Origin: an uncultured Planctomycetales bacterium
GTDB taxonomy: Bacteria > Planctomycetota > Planctomycetia > Pirellulales > Pirellulaceae
Direction of reading: 5' to 3'
Assembly: GCA_963821085.1 (NCBI GenBank)
Contig: CAWGCE010000007.1
Span: 344,328 to 408,327, forward strand
Length of the DNA: 64,000 bases
Positions within the stretch are counted from its first letter, which is position 1. Each line of letters opens with the position of its first letter. The position numbers were made by a program, and so were the translations under genes. This document shows positions 20,408 to 30,116 of the stretch, one piece after another. The notes under the pieces are model-generated. The model was not told where the DNA came from. It did not search any database and saw only the letters and a program-made list of their open reading frames with translations.

Positions 20408-21718
20408 ATGCCAGCCTTCCCGGAAATCGACAAGGTCCAATACGAAGGCCCCAATTCCAAAAACCCGCTCAGTTTCCGTTGGTACAATCCAGACGAGGAG
20501 GTCGTCGGGAAGACGATGAAGGAACACCTTCGCTTCAGCGTGGTCTTCTGGCACACCTTCCGCGGCACCGGCTCCGATCCATTCGGCGCTGCCACCGCTT
20601 TCCGACCGTGGGATGACGGTTCAGATTCGATTGAGAACGCACGCGACCGGGTACGCGTTGCTTTTGAGTTCATCGAAAAACTGGACGCACCGTTTTACGC
20701 GTTTCACGACCGTGACGTTGCACCGGAAGGCAGTTCGCTCGCCGAAACGAATGCCAACCTTGATGCCGTGGTTCAATCGTTGAAGGAAGAGCAACAACGC
20801 ACTGGAATCCGACTGCTGTGGGGTACGCAGAATATGTTCTCCCACCCTCGCTTCATGCATGGCGCCGCAACAAGTTGCAACGCCGAGGTGTTTGCCTACG
20901 CGGCGGCTCAAGTGAAGAAAGCGTTGGAGGTGTCTCACGAACTGGGTGCAACCGGCCACGTTTTCTGGGGCGGACGTGAGGGCTACCACAACCTGTACAA
21001 TACCGACATGAAACGAGAGGTCGATAATCTTGGCCGCTTTTTGCATCTGGCGGTCGATTACGCCCAGGAGATCGGTTTCACCGGACAGTTCTTTATCGAA
21101 CCAAAACCAAAGGAACCGACAAAGCACCAATATGATTCCGACGCCGCCGCCTGCATCAATTTTCTGCGTGCCTACGATCTAACAGATCACTTCAAGTTGA
21201 ATATTGAAACCAACCACGCGACGTTGGCTGGCCATTCGATGATGCACGAGTTGGAATACGCCGGCATGCAAGGGATGCTCGGCTCGATCGACGCCAACAC
21301 CGGCGACTTGCTGCTTGGCTGGGACACCGACCAATTTCCCACGAACATCTACCTGACAACGCGCACGATGCTGACAATTCTGAAGTACGGCGGGTTCGAT
21401 TCGGGAGGCGTCAATTTCGACGCGAAAGTACGACGTGAGAGTTTCGAACCGATCGACTTGTTTTACGCACACATCGGCGGGATGGATGCATTCGCCCGCG
21501 GTCTGAAGATCGCCGCTCAAATCCGAGCCGACGGCGTCCTCGACAAGTTCGTCAAGGATCGCTATTCCAGTTGGGAGTCAGGGCTGGGACATGAAATCGA
21601 GAACGGGAAACATAGCCTCGCTTCGCTCGAGCAAATCATGCTGCAGAAAGGCGAGTCGGCACCTAACCAGAGTGGTCGACAGGAATGGCTGGAGAATCTG
21701 ATCAACGAGTACATCTAA
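20408..21718 (+). CDS. xylA: xylose isomerase
   Basis: [10 protein letters not shown]...[34 protein letters not shown] and [10 protein letters not shown]. Confidence 0.95.
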   Translation: MPAFPEIDKVQYEGPNSKNPLSFRWYNPDEEVVGKTMKEHLRFSVVFWHTFRGTGSDPFGAATAFRPWDDGSDSIENARDRVRVAFEFIEKLDAPFYAFHDRDVAPEGSSLAETNANLDAVVQSLKEEQQRTGIRLLWGTQNMFSHPRFMHGAATSCNAEVFAYAAAQVKKALEVSHELGATGHVFWGGREGYHNLYNTDMKREVDNLGRFLHLAVDYAQEIGFTGQFFIEPKPKEPTKHQYDSDAAACINFLRAYDLTDHFKLNIETNHATLAGHSMMHELEYAGMQGMLGSIDANTGDLLLGWDTDQFPTNIYLTTRTMLTILKYGGFDSGGVNFDAKVRRESFEPIDLFYAHIGGMDAFARGLKIAAQIRADGVLDKFVKDRYSSWESGLGHEIENGKHSLASLEQIMLQKGESAPNQSGRQEWLENLINEYI

Positions 21719-22697
21719 AGTCTGAGCTCACCATCCGGGAGGTCGAAATACCCTGCGAAGCCAACTCCGATTCGCGATCTGGCAAATGACTCACGCCACC
21801 GGAACGCCACTTCTCGGGGGGCCATACGGGCTCTGCCAGTGTTGACTCCATCGAGACTCGTCCATCGTATTCAAAGGTAGCAATCAACTCCATCAATACG
21901 ACCTGGCTCCCACCGCACCGTGGCGTGGTTCCTGGTGTGTTCCCCGTCGGGTCAGCCTGACCGAACATGAAGGTACGACGAGGCGGTGCCAATCGCCGAT
22001 TTTTGAAATCAGAAACTTCGGCTGGAACGAACCGAGGAACGGTTCGAATCGATTGACATGAAACCAAAACAGATTTCGCCAACGGTATTGGGAGCCCTCG
22101 ATGCAACAATCGAACTGCAACGTCCCAACGCCAACCTGAAGTTGGACGTAGTGGCGATGAACGATCGTCAGTCATACTAAAGTTGCACTACCACAGGGGG
22201 GCTAGTTTCGCCGGCAGGGCACGCAGCCGGTAACCTCGCAAGGACCAATTGCTTCTTCGGGTGCTATCAAGTTCGACAGCCAGAACGATTGACGCGGAAC
22301 CAATTGTTGCTTCTCGACCGACGGGTTGGAACTATTCTCAGTGACGGCAGCATGGTCACGACTGCGTGCCACTATGCGGTCGATCCAGAATTGATCGTCG
22401 AAATCCAGTTGGATGACCCGGGAACTGCGATAATGTCGTCGTCACTGCTGCAGTCGGTCTGGTGTTGAGCTCGCGTTCCTCCCACAAAGCCAGCGGTGAA
22501 AGCACTCTGCGCGGGCTTGCTGCCATCGGCACATCTTTCGTTGCCTGCCTCATCTTACTAACGCGCACAATAGGTTGCGCAACATGTACCGTCGAGACAG
22601 ACAATCGTTCTATTCGATGCTGCTATTACAGACGGAAGCTACTGCGGTGGCCTTCTGGGCCATGCGACGCAATAGACCACGAGACATGAGAGACCCG

Positions 22698-23606
22698 ATG
22701 ACCAAGAAAACCATCCTGCAACGCTGTGACTCGATGAAGTGGGAAACCAAGCTCGTCCTGGGATTCGTTCTGGCATTTGCCATCTTCGAAACTTGTTGGA
22801 TGAACTCTCAAAGCCGAGCAAAAGATACACGCATGTCGACCAGTGCCGGTTCCGTATTTCAACACCGGCATACCCCAAACCGGCAGTTGCGGTTGTATAC
22901 CGACCACGTGGATGCGCGAACCCAGCCGGCCCCCAACCTGGTCCCTATCACGCCAACCTCGCCCAGCGAACTGATCGAGGTCGTTCAGGCGGAAAGCGAC
23001 CCTGATGATTCGACCAATGCGACCCTCAACGCCAGCCTCGCTCCTTTGACTTCGGAGCTGTCCACCGAACCGACGATTGAGGAACAATTCACGGCGATTC
23101 CCTCCGAACTATATTCAAATAACGCGCAACCCATCGAACCGTTGAGTATCATCGCCAACCCAGAAGCAATGAATTTCAACCTGTCGGCGCCCGATGTTGC
23201 CATCACAGCGCCTGCACCCACCGCCGGCACCGATTTGCCCGTGATCCGCGTCCCCGGGCAAATTCGCCCAGAAATGCCCATCATCCAGATGGGTCTGGAA
23301 CAGGATGTCGAGCCGGTCGCCAACGTCGAGCCGGTCGATGATTTCAAGGATCTGAATCTCGAGGAGTATCCCGTCACACAAACAGACGATTCGCGGAGCG
23401 AAGCGTCGAGTAACGAGCCTCTCATCACTATTGCAGCCGGCGACGAACTGAGATCGGGCGAACTGCCGATCGATACGGAAATCGACGAGTCGCCGGTGGT
23501 TGATTACGCGCCGATAGCCAAGACCAAAGCGACGAAGACCCACGGGGAACGACCAATTCTGGCGCCCCCGGGCGGGCACGTGATTCGGAATCCGTTTGTG
23601 AAGTGA
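22698..23606 (+). CDS. hypothetical acidic Pro/Glu-rich protein with N-terminal TM/signal (start uncertain)
   Basis: MKWETKLVLGFVLAFAIFETCW followed by a low-complexity acidic region. Confidence 0.4.
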   Translation: MTKKTILQRCDSMKWETKLVLGFVLAFAIFETCWMNSQSRAKDTRMSTSAGSVFQHRHTPNRQLRLYTDHVDARTQPAPNLVPITPTSPSELIEVVQAESDPDDSTNATLNASLAPLTSELSTEPTIEEQFTAIPSELYSNNAQPIEPLSIIANPEAMNFNLSAPDVAITAPAPTAGTDLPVIRVPGQIRPEMPIIQMGLEQDVEPVANVEPVDDFKDLNLEEYPVTQTDDSRSEASSNEPLITIAAGDELRSGELPIDTEIDESPVVDYAPIAKTKATKTHGERPILAPPGGHVIRNPFVK

Positions 23607-23618
23607 GGCTGCGAGAAA

Positions 23619-23662
23619 GGCAACAGGCAACAGGCAACAGGCAACAGGCAACAGGCAACAGG
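23619..23662. repeat. perfect heptanucleotide tandem repeat (GGCAACA) x6.3
   Basis: Six exact GGCAACA units plus GG. The array starts 13 nt after the stop codon at 23606. Confidence 0.95.
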
Positions 23663-23790
23663 AAGTTTTGCTTGTGGGCTTGCCGGCGATTCCGTTTCTA
23701 GGAGCCAGGCAGGAATTCAGGAAAACGGAATAACGGTTGCTCCTGTACTTTCCTCATGGGACGCATCGGTCGTCTCACGATTTCACGAAG

Positions 23791-24420
23791 TCAGTAATTG
23801 AATTTCAGGCCGCACTCGCGCAGTTGAATGGCCAATTCGTTGACGGATTCGAATTGGACGGCCGACCATCCGGCTTCCTGAGCTCCGCGAACATTTTCTT
23901 CGAGGTCGTCGGTAAAGAAAATGCGGTTCGGTTCGACGTTGGCCAATTCAGCAGCTTGCTCGTAGATCGTCCGATCCGGCTTCATTGCACCGAGCTTGTA
24001 ACTGAGCGCGATTACCTCAAAGTAATCGGAAACGATTCGATAGCGTCCGTCGTTGATCAGCTCCCAATGCGCTTCGCAAGTGTTTGACAGGATTCCCATT
24101 CGCACATTGGCGACACTCATCTGCGCAATCAGCGGAACGATCTCGGTGTTCAGGCAGAAAATGTCGCTGCCGGCTCGCGTCATCGCATCGTAATCAGGAC
24201 GACAGCCGAACGTATCGCAAAACTCGTCATACAACTCGCGAGTCGACACTTGGCCGCATTCCAAACGGTTCAAGGTGCGATTCGAGTTAAAGAATTCGCT
24301 CACTTTCGCGACCGGAACGTCGGCGACCCGGGAAACTTGATCACAGGCGTGAGCATGGCTGAAGCCCAGCAATACCTTGCCCATATCAAAGTAGACGAAT
24401 TCAGGAGCCCGCTGGATCAC
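23791..24420 (-). CDS. HAD-superfamily hydrolase
   Basis: FVYFDMGKVL (DxG-type motif I variant), ILSNT, and FFTDDLEENVRGAQEAGW (motif IV). Confidence 0.8.
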   Translation of the reverse strand: MIQRAPEFVYFDMGKVLLGFSHAHACDQVSRVADVPVAKVSEFFNSNRTLNRLECGQVSTRELYDEFCDTFGCRPDYDAMTRAGSDIFCLNTEIVPLIAQMSVANVRMGILSNTCEAHWELINDGRYRIVSDYFEVIALSYKLGAMKPDRTIYEQAAELANVEPNRIFFTDDLEENVRGAQEAGWSAVQFESVNELAIQLRECGLKFNY

Positions 24421-24659
24421 GTTATCAACTCACTGGAATCTTAGGCAATCGCCGACGCCGGCTCGCCAGAGCGTTACTCCGCCAATTACAATAACCGGTC
24501 GCGCGATGGTCAATGGGCACGACCAGCTGCCACGGGTCCGGTCGATTTCCTGGCCGTCGAACAATCCAGGCTTTTTGCCCGGCGATCAAAAACAACCTGA
24601 TGCGATCGCCATACCGAACGAACCAACACAAATACAACTTTCAACGCCAACTCAATCCC

Positions 24660-26336
24660 ATGCCCGACCTCAACAAGTACAGCCGCCAAATCACACAACC
24701 GAAAGTCCAGGGTGCTTCGCAGGCGATGCTCTACGCCACGGGGCTCACGGAAACCGACATGAACAAACCACAGGTCGGAATCGCGAGCGTATGGTACGAG
24801 GGCAATCCTTGCAACATGCATCTTCTCGATCTGTCCGAACATGTGAAACGTGGTGTCACCGCTGCCGGCATGGTCGGCATGCGATTTAATACGATTGGCG
24901 TCAGTGACGGCATCTCGATGGGCACCGACGGCATGAGTTTCTCACTGCAATCGCGCGACCTGATCGCCGATTCGATTGAAACCATGATGGGAGGTCAGTG
25001 GTACGACGCATGCATCGCCCTGCCCGGCTGCGACAAGAACATGCCTGGCTGCTTGATCGCCATGGGGCGGCTTAATCGACCGTCGCTGATGGTTTACGGC
25101 GGGACGATCCGAGCTGGCCAGCACGCCGGCAGGAAACTGGACATCGTCTCCGCATTCCAATGCTTCGGCGAGTACGTTGCCGGCTCGATCGACGAAGAAA
25201 CTCGCCACCAAATCGTCAGGCACTCGTGCCCTGGAGCTGGAGCGTGCGGGGGTATGTACACCGCGAACACGATGGCCAGCGCGATTGAGGCGATGGGCAT
25301 GTCGCTGCCGCAGAGCAGTTCGATTCCTGCCGAAGACCCGGCGAAGCAATCGGAGTGCCATGCGGCCGGCTCCGCGATACTGAACCTGCTGGAAAAAGAC
25401 ATCAAGCCCCGCGACATTATGACTCGAGAAGCATTTGAAAATGCGATCGTCGTCATCATGGCACTCGGCGGTTCGACGAACGCCGTATTGCACTTGATCG
25501 CGATGGCCCGCTCGGTCGACGTGCCGCTGACGATAGACGACTTTCAAGCGATCAGCGACCGGGTTCCCTTTCTCGCCGACTTAAAACCAAGTGGCCGGTA
25601 CGTGCAGGAAGACTTGTACGCGGTCGGGGGTGTCCCCGCCGTGATGAAGCTGCTGCTGTCCGAAGGGATGCTGCACGGCGATTGCCTGACCGTTACGGGA
25701 AAGACAGTTGCCGAAAATCTGGCCGAGCAAGCCGACCTGGCCGCCGGCCAGGAGATCATCCGCGCACTCGACAACCCGATCAAGGCAACCGGACACATCC
25801 AGATCCTGCGTGGCAACCTGTCGCCAGAGGGTTCGGTCGCCAAGATCACCGGCAAGGAGGGGCTCAAGTTTACTGGCACGGCGAACGTGTTTGATTCGGA
25901 AGAGGCAATGGTGGCTGCGTTGGAGGACAAGAAAATCAACAAAGGGGACGTCGTCGTGATCCGTTACGAAGGCCCAAAAGGTGGACCCGGCATGCCCGAG
26001 ATGTTGACCCCCACCTCGGCCATCATGGGCGCCGGCCTCGGTGCCGACGTGGCACTGCTGACCGACGGGCGTTTCTCCGGCGGCAGCCACGGGTTCATCG
26101 TCGGCCACATCGCGCCCGAAGCGCAGGAGGGAGGCCCGCTGGCGCTGTTACAAAACGGGGACCGGATCACCATCGACGCCGAAAACAAACGGCTCGACGT
26201 CGACTTGTCGGATGCCGAGTTGGCAGCCCGCAAGTCCGCCTGGGAAGCCCCCCCGTTAAAAGCCAGCAAGGGAACACTCTACAAATACATCAAAAACGTA
26301 AAATCAGCTTCCGACGGTTGCGTCACGGATGAATGA
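24660..26336 (+). CDS. ilvD: dihydroxy-acid dehydratase
   Basis: [36 protein letters not shown], and [21 protein letters not shown]. Confidence 0.95.
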   Translation: MPDLNKYSRQITQPKVQGASQAMLYATGLTETDMNKPQVGIASVWYEGNPCNMHLLDLSEHVKRGVTAAGMVGMRFNTIGVSDGISMGTDGMSFSLQSRDLIADSIETMMGGQWYDACIALPGCDKNMPGCLIAMGRLNRPSLMVYGGTIRAGQHAGRKLDIVSAFQCFGEYVAGSIDEETRHQIVRHSCPGAGACGGMYTANTMASAIEAMGMSLPQSSSIPAEDPAKQSECHAAGSAILNLLEKDIKPRDIMTREAFENAIVVIMALGGSTNAVLHLIAMARSVDVPLTIDDFQAISDRVPFLADLKPSGRYVQEDLYAVGGVPAVMKLLLSEGMLHGDCLTVTGKTVAENLAEQADLAAGQEIIRALDNPIKATGHIQILRGNLSPEGSVAKITGKEGLKFTGTANVFDSEEAMVAALEDKKINKGDVVVIRYEGPKGGPGMPEMLTPTSAIMGAGLGADVALLTDGRFSGGSHGFIVGHIAPEAQEGGPLALLQNGDRITIDAENKRLDVDLSDAELAARKSAWEAPPLKASKGTLYKYIKNVKSASDGCVTDE

Positions 26337-26560
26337 GGCAGTGCAGGAAGAATGCATGAGGCAACAAGCGACAGCAAACAGGGAACGTCGGTCGCGGGGT
26401 GACAGACCAAGCCCGGCAGAACGAAGGTCGAGACCCGAGTTGGCCATCACCGCCCTTTTCGTGCCCCAGACAAATTCCATGCTTCTTCCTGCATTCCTGC
26501 CTTCCACATAAGTCACTGCCCAAGAAATCTGCAACAATCGTAAGTGATGTTCCTATCCTC

Positions 26561-26600
26561 CCTGTTGCCTGTTGCCTCATGCCTGTTGCCCCTGTTGCCC
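26561..26600. repeat. degenerate inverted copy of the heptamer repeat (CCTGTTG-like x5)
   Basis: cctgttg cctgttg cctcatg cctgttg cc cctgttg ccc. This is the reverse complement of the 23619 array unit. The variant unit cctcATG supplies the likely ZIP start codon. Confidence 0.7.
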
Positions 26601-27495
26601 TGACTCTCATCTACAGTGCGCTGATCCTGGCCGGTTCGTTGCTGGGCGGCTGGCTGCCCAGTCGCTGGACGATTTCGCACATGCGTATGCAATTGATCCT
26701 CAGCTTCGTCGGCGGCTTGATGCTGGGCATCGCACTGTTGCACCTGTTGCCCGAGGCGATCCAAGAATCGGGAGCCAACACGGCACTGGGCTCGACCCTT
26801 GTTGGCCTGTTGTTCATGTTTTTCCTGATCCGCACCTTCCACTTTCACCAGCACGGCCCGGCCGGAGGCGACCAGGAAGCTCACACCGACTGTGACCAAG
26901 ACCACTCGCACCATCACCACCACGAAGCACACGGCGGCCCGCATGAATTAAGCTGGGCCGGCGTCGCCACGGGCCTCAGCGTGCACACGCTCATCGACGG
27001 CCTGGCACTCGGTGCCGCCGTTCAAGCCGACAGTCACGCCAGTACCCCATCCGCCTTGGGCCTTTGGGGCTTGGGTACGTTCCTGGCAATCATGCTGCAC
27101 AAACCGCTTGATGCCATGTCAATCACCAGCCTGATGAAAGCCAGCGGCTGGTCGAGCGCCGCCACCACCGCCGTCAACATTGGCTTTTCGCTGATGTGCC
27201 CGTTAGGTGCGTTGCTGGTCATCTTGGCGCACAACACATGGACACCATGCAAGCCCGAATGCTGGGAATGCTACTGGGCTTCTCGGCCGGCGTCTTCCTC
27301 TGCATTTCGTTGGGCGACCTGTTGCCCGAAGTTCAGTTTCACCGCCACGACCGATTCAAGTTGTCGGCCGCGTTGCTATTGGGAGTTGCCATCGCCTACG
27401 GAGTCGGCTTCATCGAACCCACCCACTCGCACGAAAATGCCGTTACCGACAACATGCCCAGCACGTCAATCCAGACTCAAGACCGCAATCCGTAG
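26579..27495 (+). pseudogene. ZIP-family divalent metal transporter, frameshifted as assembled
   Basis: HLLPEA, a His-rich loop (DHSHHHHHEAHG), and HTLIDGLALG lie in one frame. GMLLGFSAGVFLCISLGDLLPEV lies in frame -1. The junction is near 27215-27232. Confidence 0.8.
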
Positions 27496-27717
27496 ATCAT
27501 TGCCTTTCGCCGTGCAACGGCCGCAAAGAAACCGCAATCTCCAACCGACCAGCGCTGGTGTTCGGATGAAGCCGAGTAGGATGCCTTGGTGATGGCCTGG
27601 CCGAACCATTCGATCCAAGGAAAAGGCAATCGCGTCTGGAGGAGATCGGCTGGTAGCCGAGTGCCCATGCGAGCTTGTGCTGGGTGCCTGACAATTTCCA
27701 GCATGGTCTTGACCAAA

Positions 27718-27750
27718 CAAAAGCCCGGCGCGTTTCACGCCGGGCTTTGC
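27718..27750. terminator. bidirectional hairpin terminator between the ZIP and HMA genes
   Basis: AAGCCCGGCG-cgtttca-CGCCGGGCTT, a 10-bp GC-rich stem flanked by A/T on both sides, between convergent genes. Confidence 0.7.
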
Positions 27751-27774
27751 TTGTTGGCTGTTTCGATCAGTGCA

Positions 27775-28098
27775 CTACTGACCGACGATGGAGAATCCAG
27801 CGATATGTTCGTTCGTTTCTGAGAGTTCGCTAAGCTTGGCTTCAATGTCGACTTCACCTGGGACGAAAGCAAATTCGCAACTCGTCTTCGAAGTGTCAGT
27901 CTTGATGTTCGACACGCCGGCTACTTTCGACAAATCGTCTCGCACGGAGACGGCACATCCGCCTCACGTCATGCCGGGGAGGTCGAGGGTGATGAGCTGG
28001 GCTCCAGCGGGGAGCGCGACCGATTCGCTTTCCACAGCCTGGCCACAGCCGATTGCTAACAAGAGCAACAAGGCCATGCATGAAATTGCATTTCGCAT
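27775..28098 (-). CDS. heavy-metal-associated (HMA) domain lipoprotein with in-frame TGA at the first Cys of GMTCxxC
   Basis: MRNAISCMALLLLLAIGCGQ (lipobox) ...ITLDLPGMT[TGA]GGCAVSVRDDLSKVAGVSNIKTDTSKTSCEFAFVPGEVDIEAKLSEL...IVGQ*. The TGA is at 27964-27966. The frame stays open for 62 more codons, to TAG at 27775. Confidence 0.65.
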
Positions 28099-28541
28099 GT
28101 AAGATTCTCCATCGTTACGAAATTCTTGAACGCCGAAGACAACACAGCTCCGGCCAACTCAACAGTTTAGGCGGTGAATCGCCACTTGGCGAATGGGACA
28201 CCCGAATTGGTTGTATCGGGTCGAATTCAGTCCGGCATTCGGGTTTCTTGGAGGTTCGCGGTGTTAGGTGCGGCTGTCCCTGTGCACCGAAAAATGTGCC
28301 GTCACCTGCACCAGCGCAGTGTTTTCCACACAGCAAGTCGTGCCAATTGTTGCCGTCACAGTTGGGGATGGGCTGTTTGACTGCCTGTTATGGGAAGAGC
28401 ATGTGTTGACTCTTGCTGTGGGAAGTGACTCGTCATGATTTCGTCTTTTGAAAGCAAAACCATCTCGCGGACGGACGTTCCTATTTGAATACTGCACCCG
28501 TTTGCTGGTTAATTGACAAGGTGGCGCTATAATCTTGCCGA

Positions 28542-29985
28542 ATGGTTACTCCACGAATTGAGATTCCTTCCATGTCCGCTACTGCAACCAAACCTGCCAA
28601 CCTCGCCCAACTGCGTGAAAGCGGTTGGGAATCAAAGTCAGTGAAACGTGAAATTCATGACAACTTCGTGCGAGCCCTCGCCGCAGGCGATGAACTGTTT
28701 CCGGGGGTGCTCGGTTATGACGACACGGTGATCCCGGAAATCAGTCTCGCACTGATCTCTGGGCACGACATTTTGTTCCTCGGTGAGAAAGGACAGGGCA
28801 AGAGTCGCTTGATGCGGCAATTGGCCGACTTCCTGGACGACGAAATCCCGTATATCGCGATCCCGGGTGCTCCGTTTCACGACGATCCCTACCAACCGAT
28901 CAGTCGCATCTGTCGTGAGTTCATAGCAACTCACGCGGAAGAAAACGTGCCCATCGGATGGTGGCGTCGCGAAGATCGATATGCGGAAAGGCTCGCTCCA
29001 GGAACGAAATTCGCCGATATCATTGGCGAGATTGATCCGGCGAAGCTGGCAGGTGGGACAAGCATGTCGACCGAAGAGGCTCTGCATTTTGGGCTCATCC
29101 CACGTATGCACCGTGGCATTTTTGCGATGAACGAGTTGCCGGAATTGGACGAGCTGGTGCAGGTGGGGCTTTTCAATATCCTCGAAGAGCGTGACGTGCA
29201 GATTCGCGGATTCCCGGTGAAATTCGATATTGATGTGCTGATCCTGTTTTCAGCAAACCCGTCGACCTACAACCGCAGCGGCAAAGTCATTCCGCAGCTG
29301 AAGGATCGCATCGGCTCGGTGATTCACACGCACTACCCGGAAGAACGTGATCTGGGGATTCAGATCATCGAGCAGGAAGCGGGGATCACTTCGGACGAGC
29401 AGGTCGTAGTGCCGTACTTCATGAAGCAGATCGTCGAGCAGATTTCCGTTCAGGCTCGACAGTCCAAATACATTGACCAGCAATCGGGCGTGAGTGCCCG
29501 GTTTTCGCATCGCCAATTATCGCACGATGGTGGCGAGTGCCCAGCGACGGGCGATCTTGCTGGGTGAGAATCCAGCGGTGCCGCGAATCAGTGACCTCGG
29601 CCATTTGTACGCGTCTTCGCTGGGGAAGCTGGAACTGGACATGATGGGCAGCCACCAGATGAGCGAAAGACAAGTGCTGGAAGCCGTAATGGCCGAAGCA
29701 GTCAAGACGGTGTTCGAGGAATATGTCGACGAACACGGACTGAACGAGATCGCCGAGATTTTCGCGAAGGGCGTGAAGATCGAAGTCGGCGACCTGTTGC
29801 CGTCGAGCGAGTACGCTCGGTTGCTGGAACGTGTTCCGCCGGTATGGGACAAGGCTTTTGAAGTGAACGCGTCGAAGGATCCGGCCGTACGAGCTTCCTG
29901 TATCGAGTTTGTGTTGGCAGGGTTGTACGCGATTGACAAGATCTCCCGCGGGCAGCGGCACGGAAAGATCACTTATGAAACGTAA
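28542..29985 (+). pseudogene. AAA+ ATPase of the Mg-chelatase ChlI/MoxR-like type, frameshifted as assembled
   Basis: Walker [15 protein letters not shown], Walker B-like [13 protein letters not shown], and LFSANP...IPQLKDRIG. Frame 0 ends just after [26 protein letters not shown]... continues in frame +1. The junction is at the TTTT run 29502-29505. Confidence 0.8.
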
Positions 29986-30116
29986 GAGTTTTTACAGGAT
30001 GAGCATAATCGCCATGATAAAGAATCTAGTTCACCCTTAAAAGAAACTCACCGAACGACGCCTTGTGTGTTGCATCAAGAGAATTCTGTCCATCCTGTCA
30101 AAAAGCATTCAAAGCG

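Noticed and set aside
22041-22050. GGTTCGAATC, resembling a tRNA T-loop
   Set aside because: The flanking sequence cannot form acceptor, D or anticodon arms. No tRNA was identified by eye anywhere in the window.
23619-23662. Possible CRISPR array
   Set aside because: The units are 7 nt and directly tandem with no spacers. There are no cas genes in the window. This is a microsatellite-type repeat, not CRISPR.
28115-28336. 73-aa Cys-containing ORF (…NCDGNNWHDLLCGKHCAG…) just upstream of the HMA gene, as a possible metallochaperone or regulator
   Set aside because: No recognisable family motif, no clear Shine-Dalgarno or start, and the composition looks non-coding. Left unannotated.
28332-28346. 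Sigma-54-like motif TTGGCACGAC-TTGCT upstream of the HMA gene (minus strand). It shares a 10-mer with the hsp20 promoter.
   Set aside because: The GG-to-GC spacing is 2 nt too short for a functional -24/-12 promoter. It would become interesting only if a 2-nt deletion error is present here.
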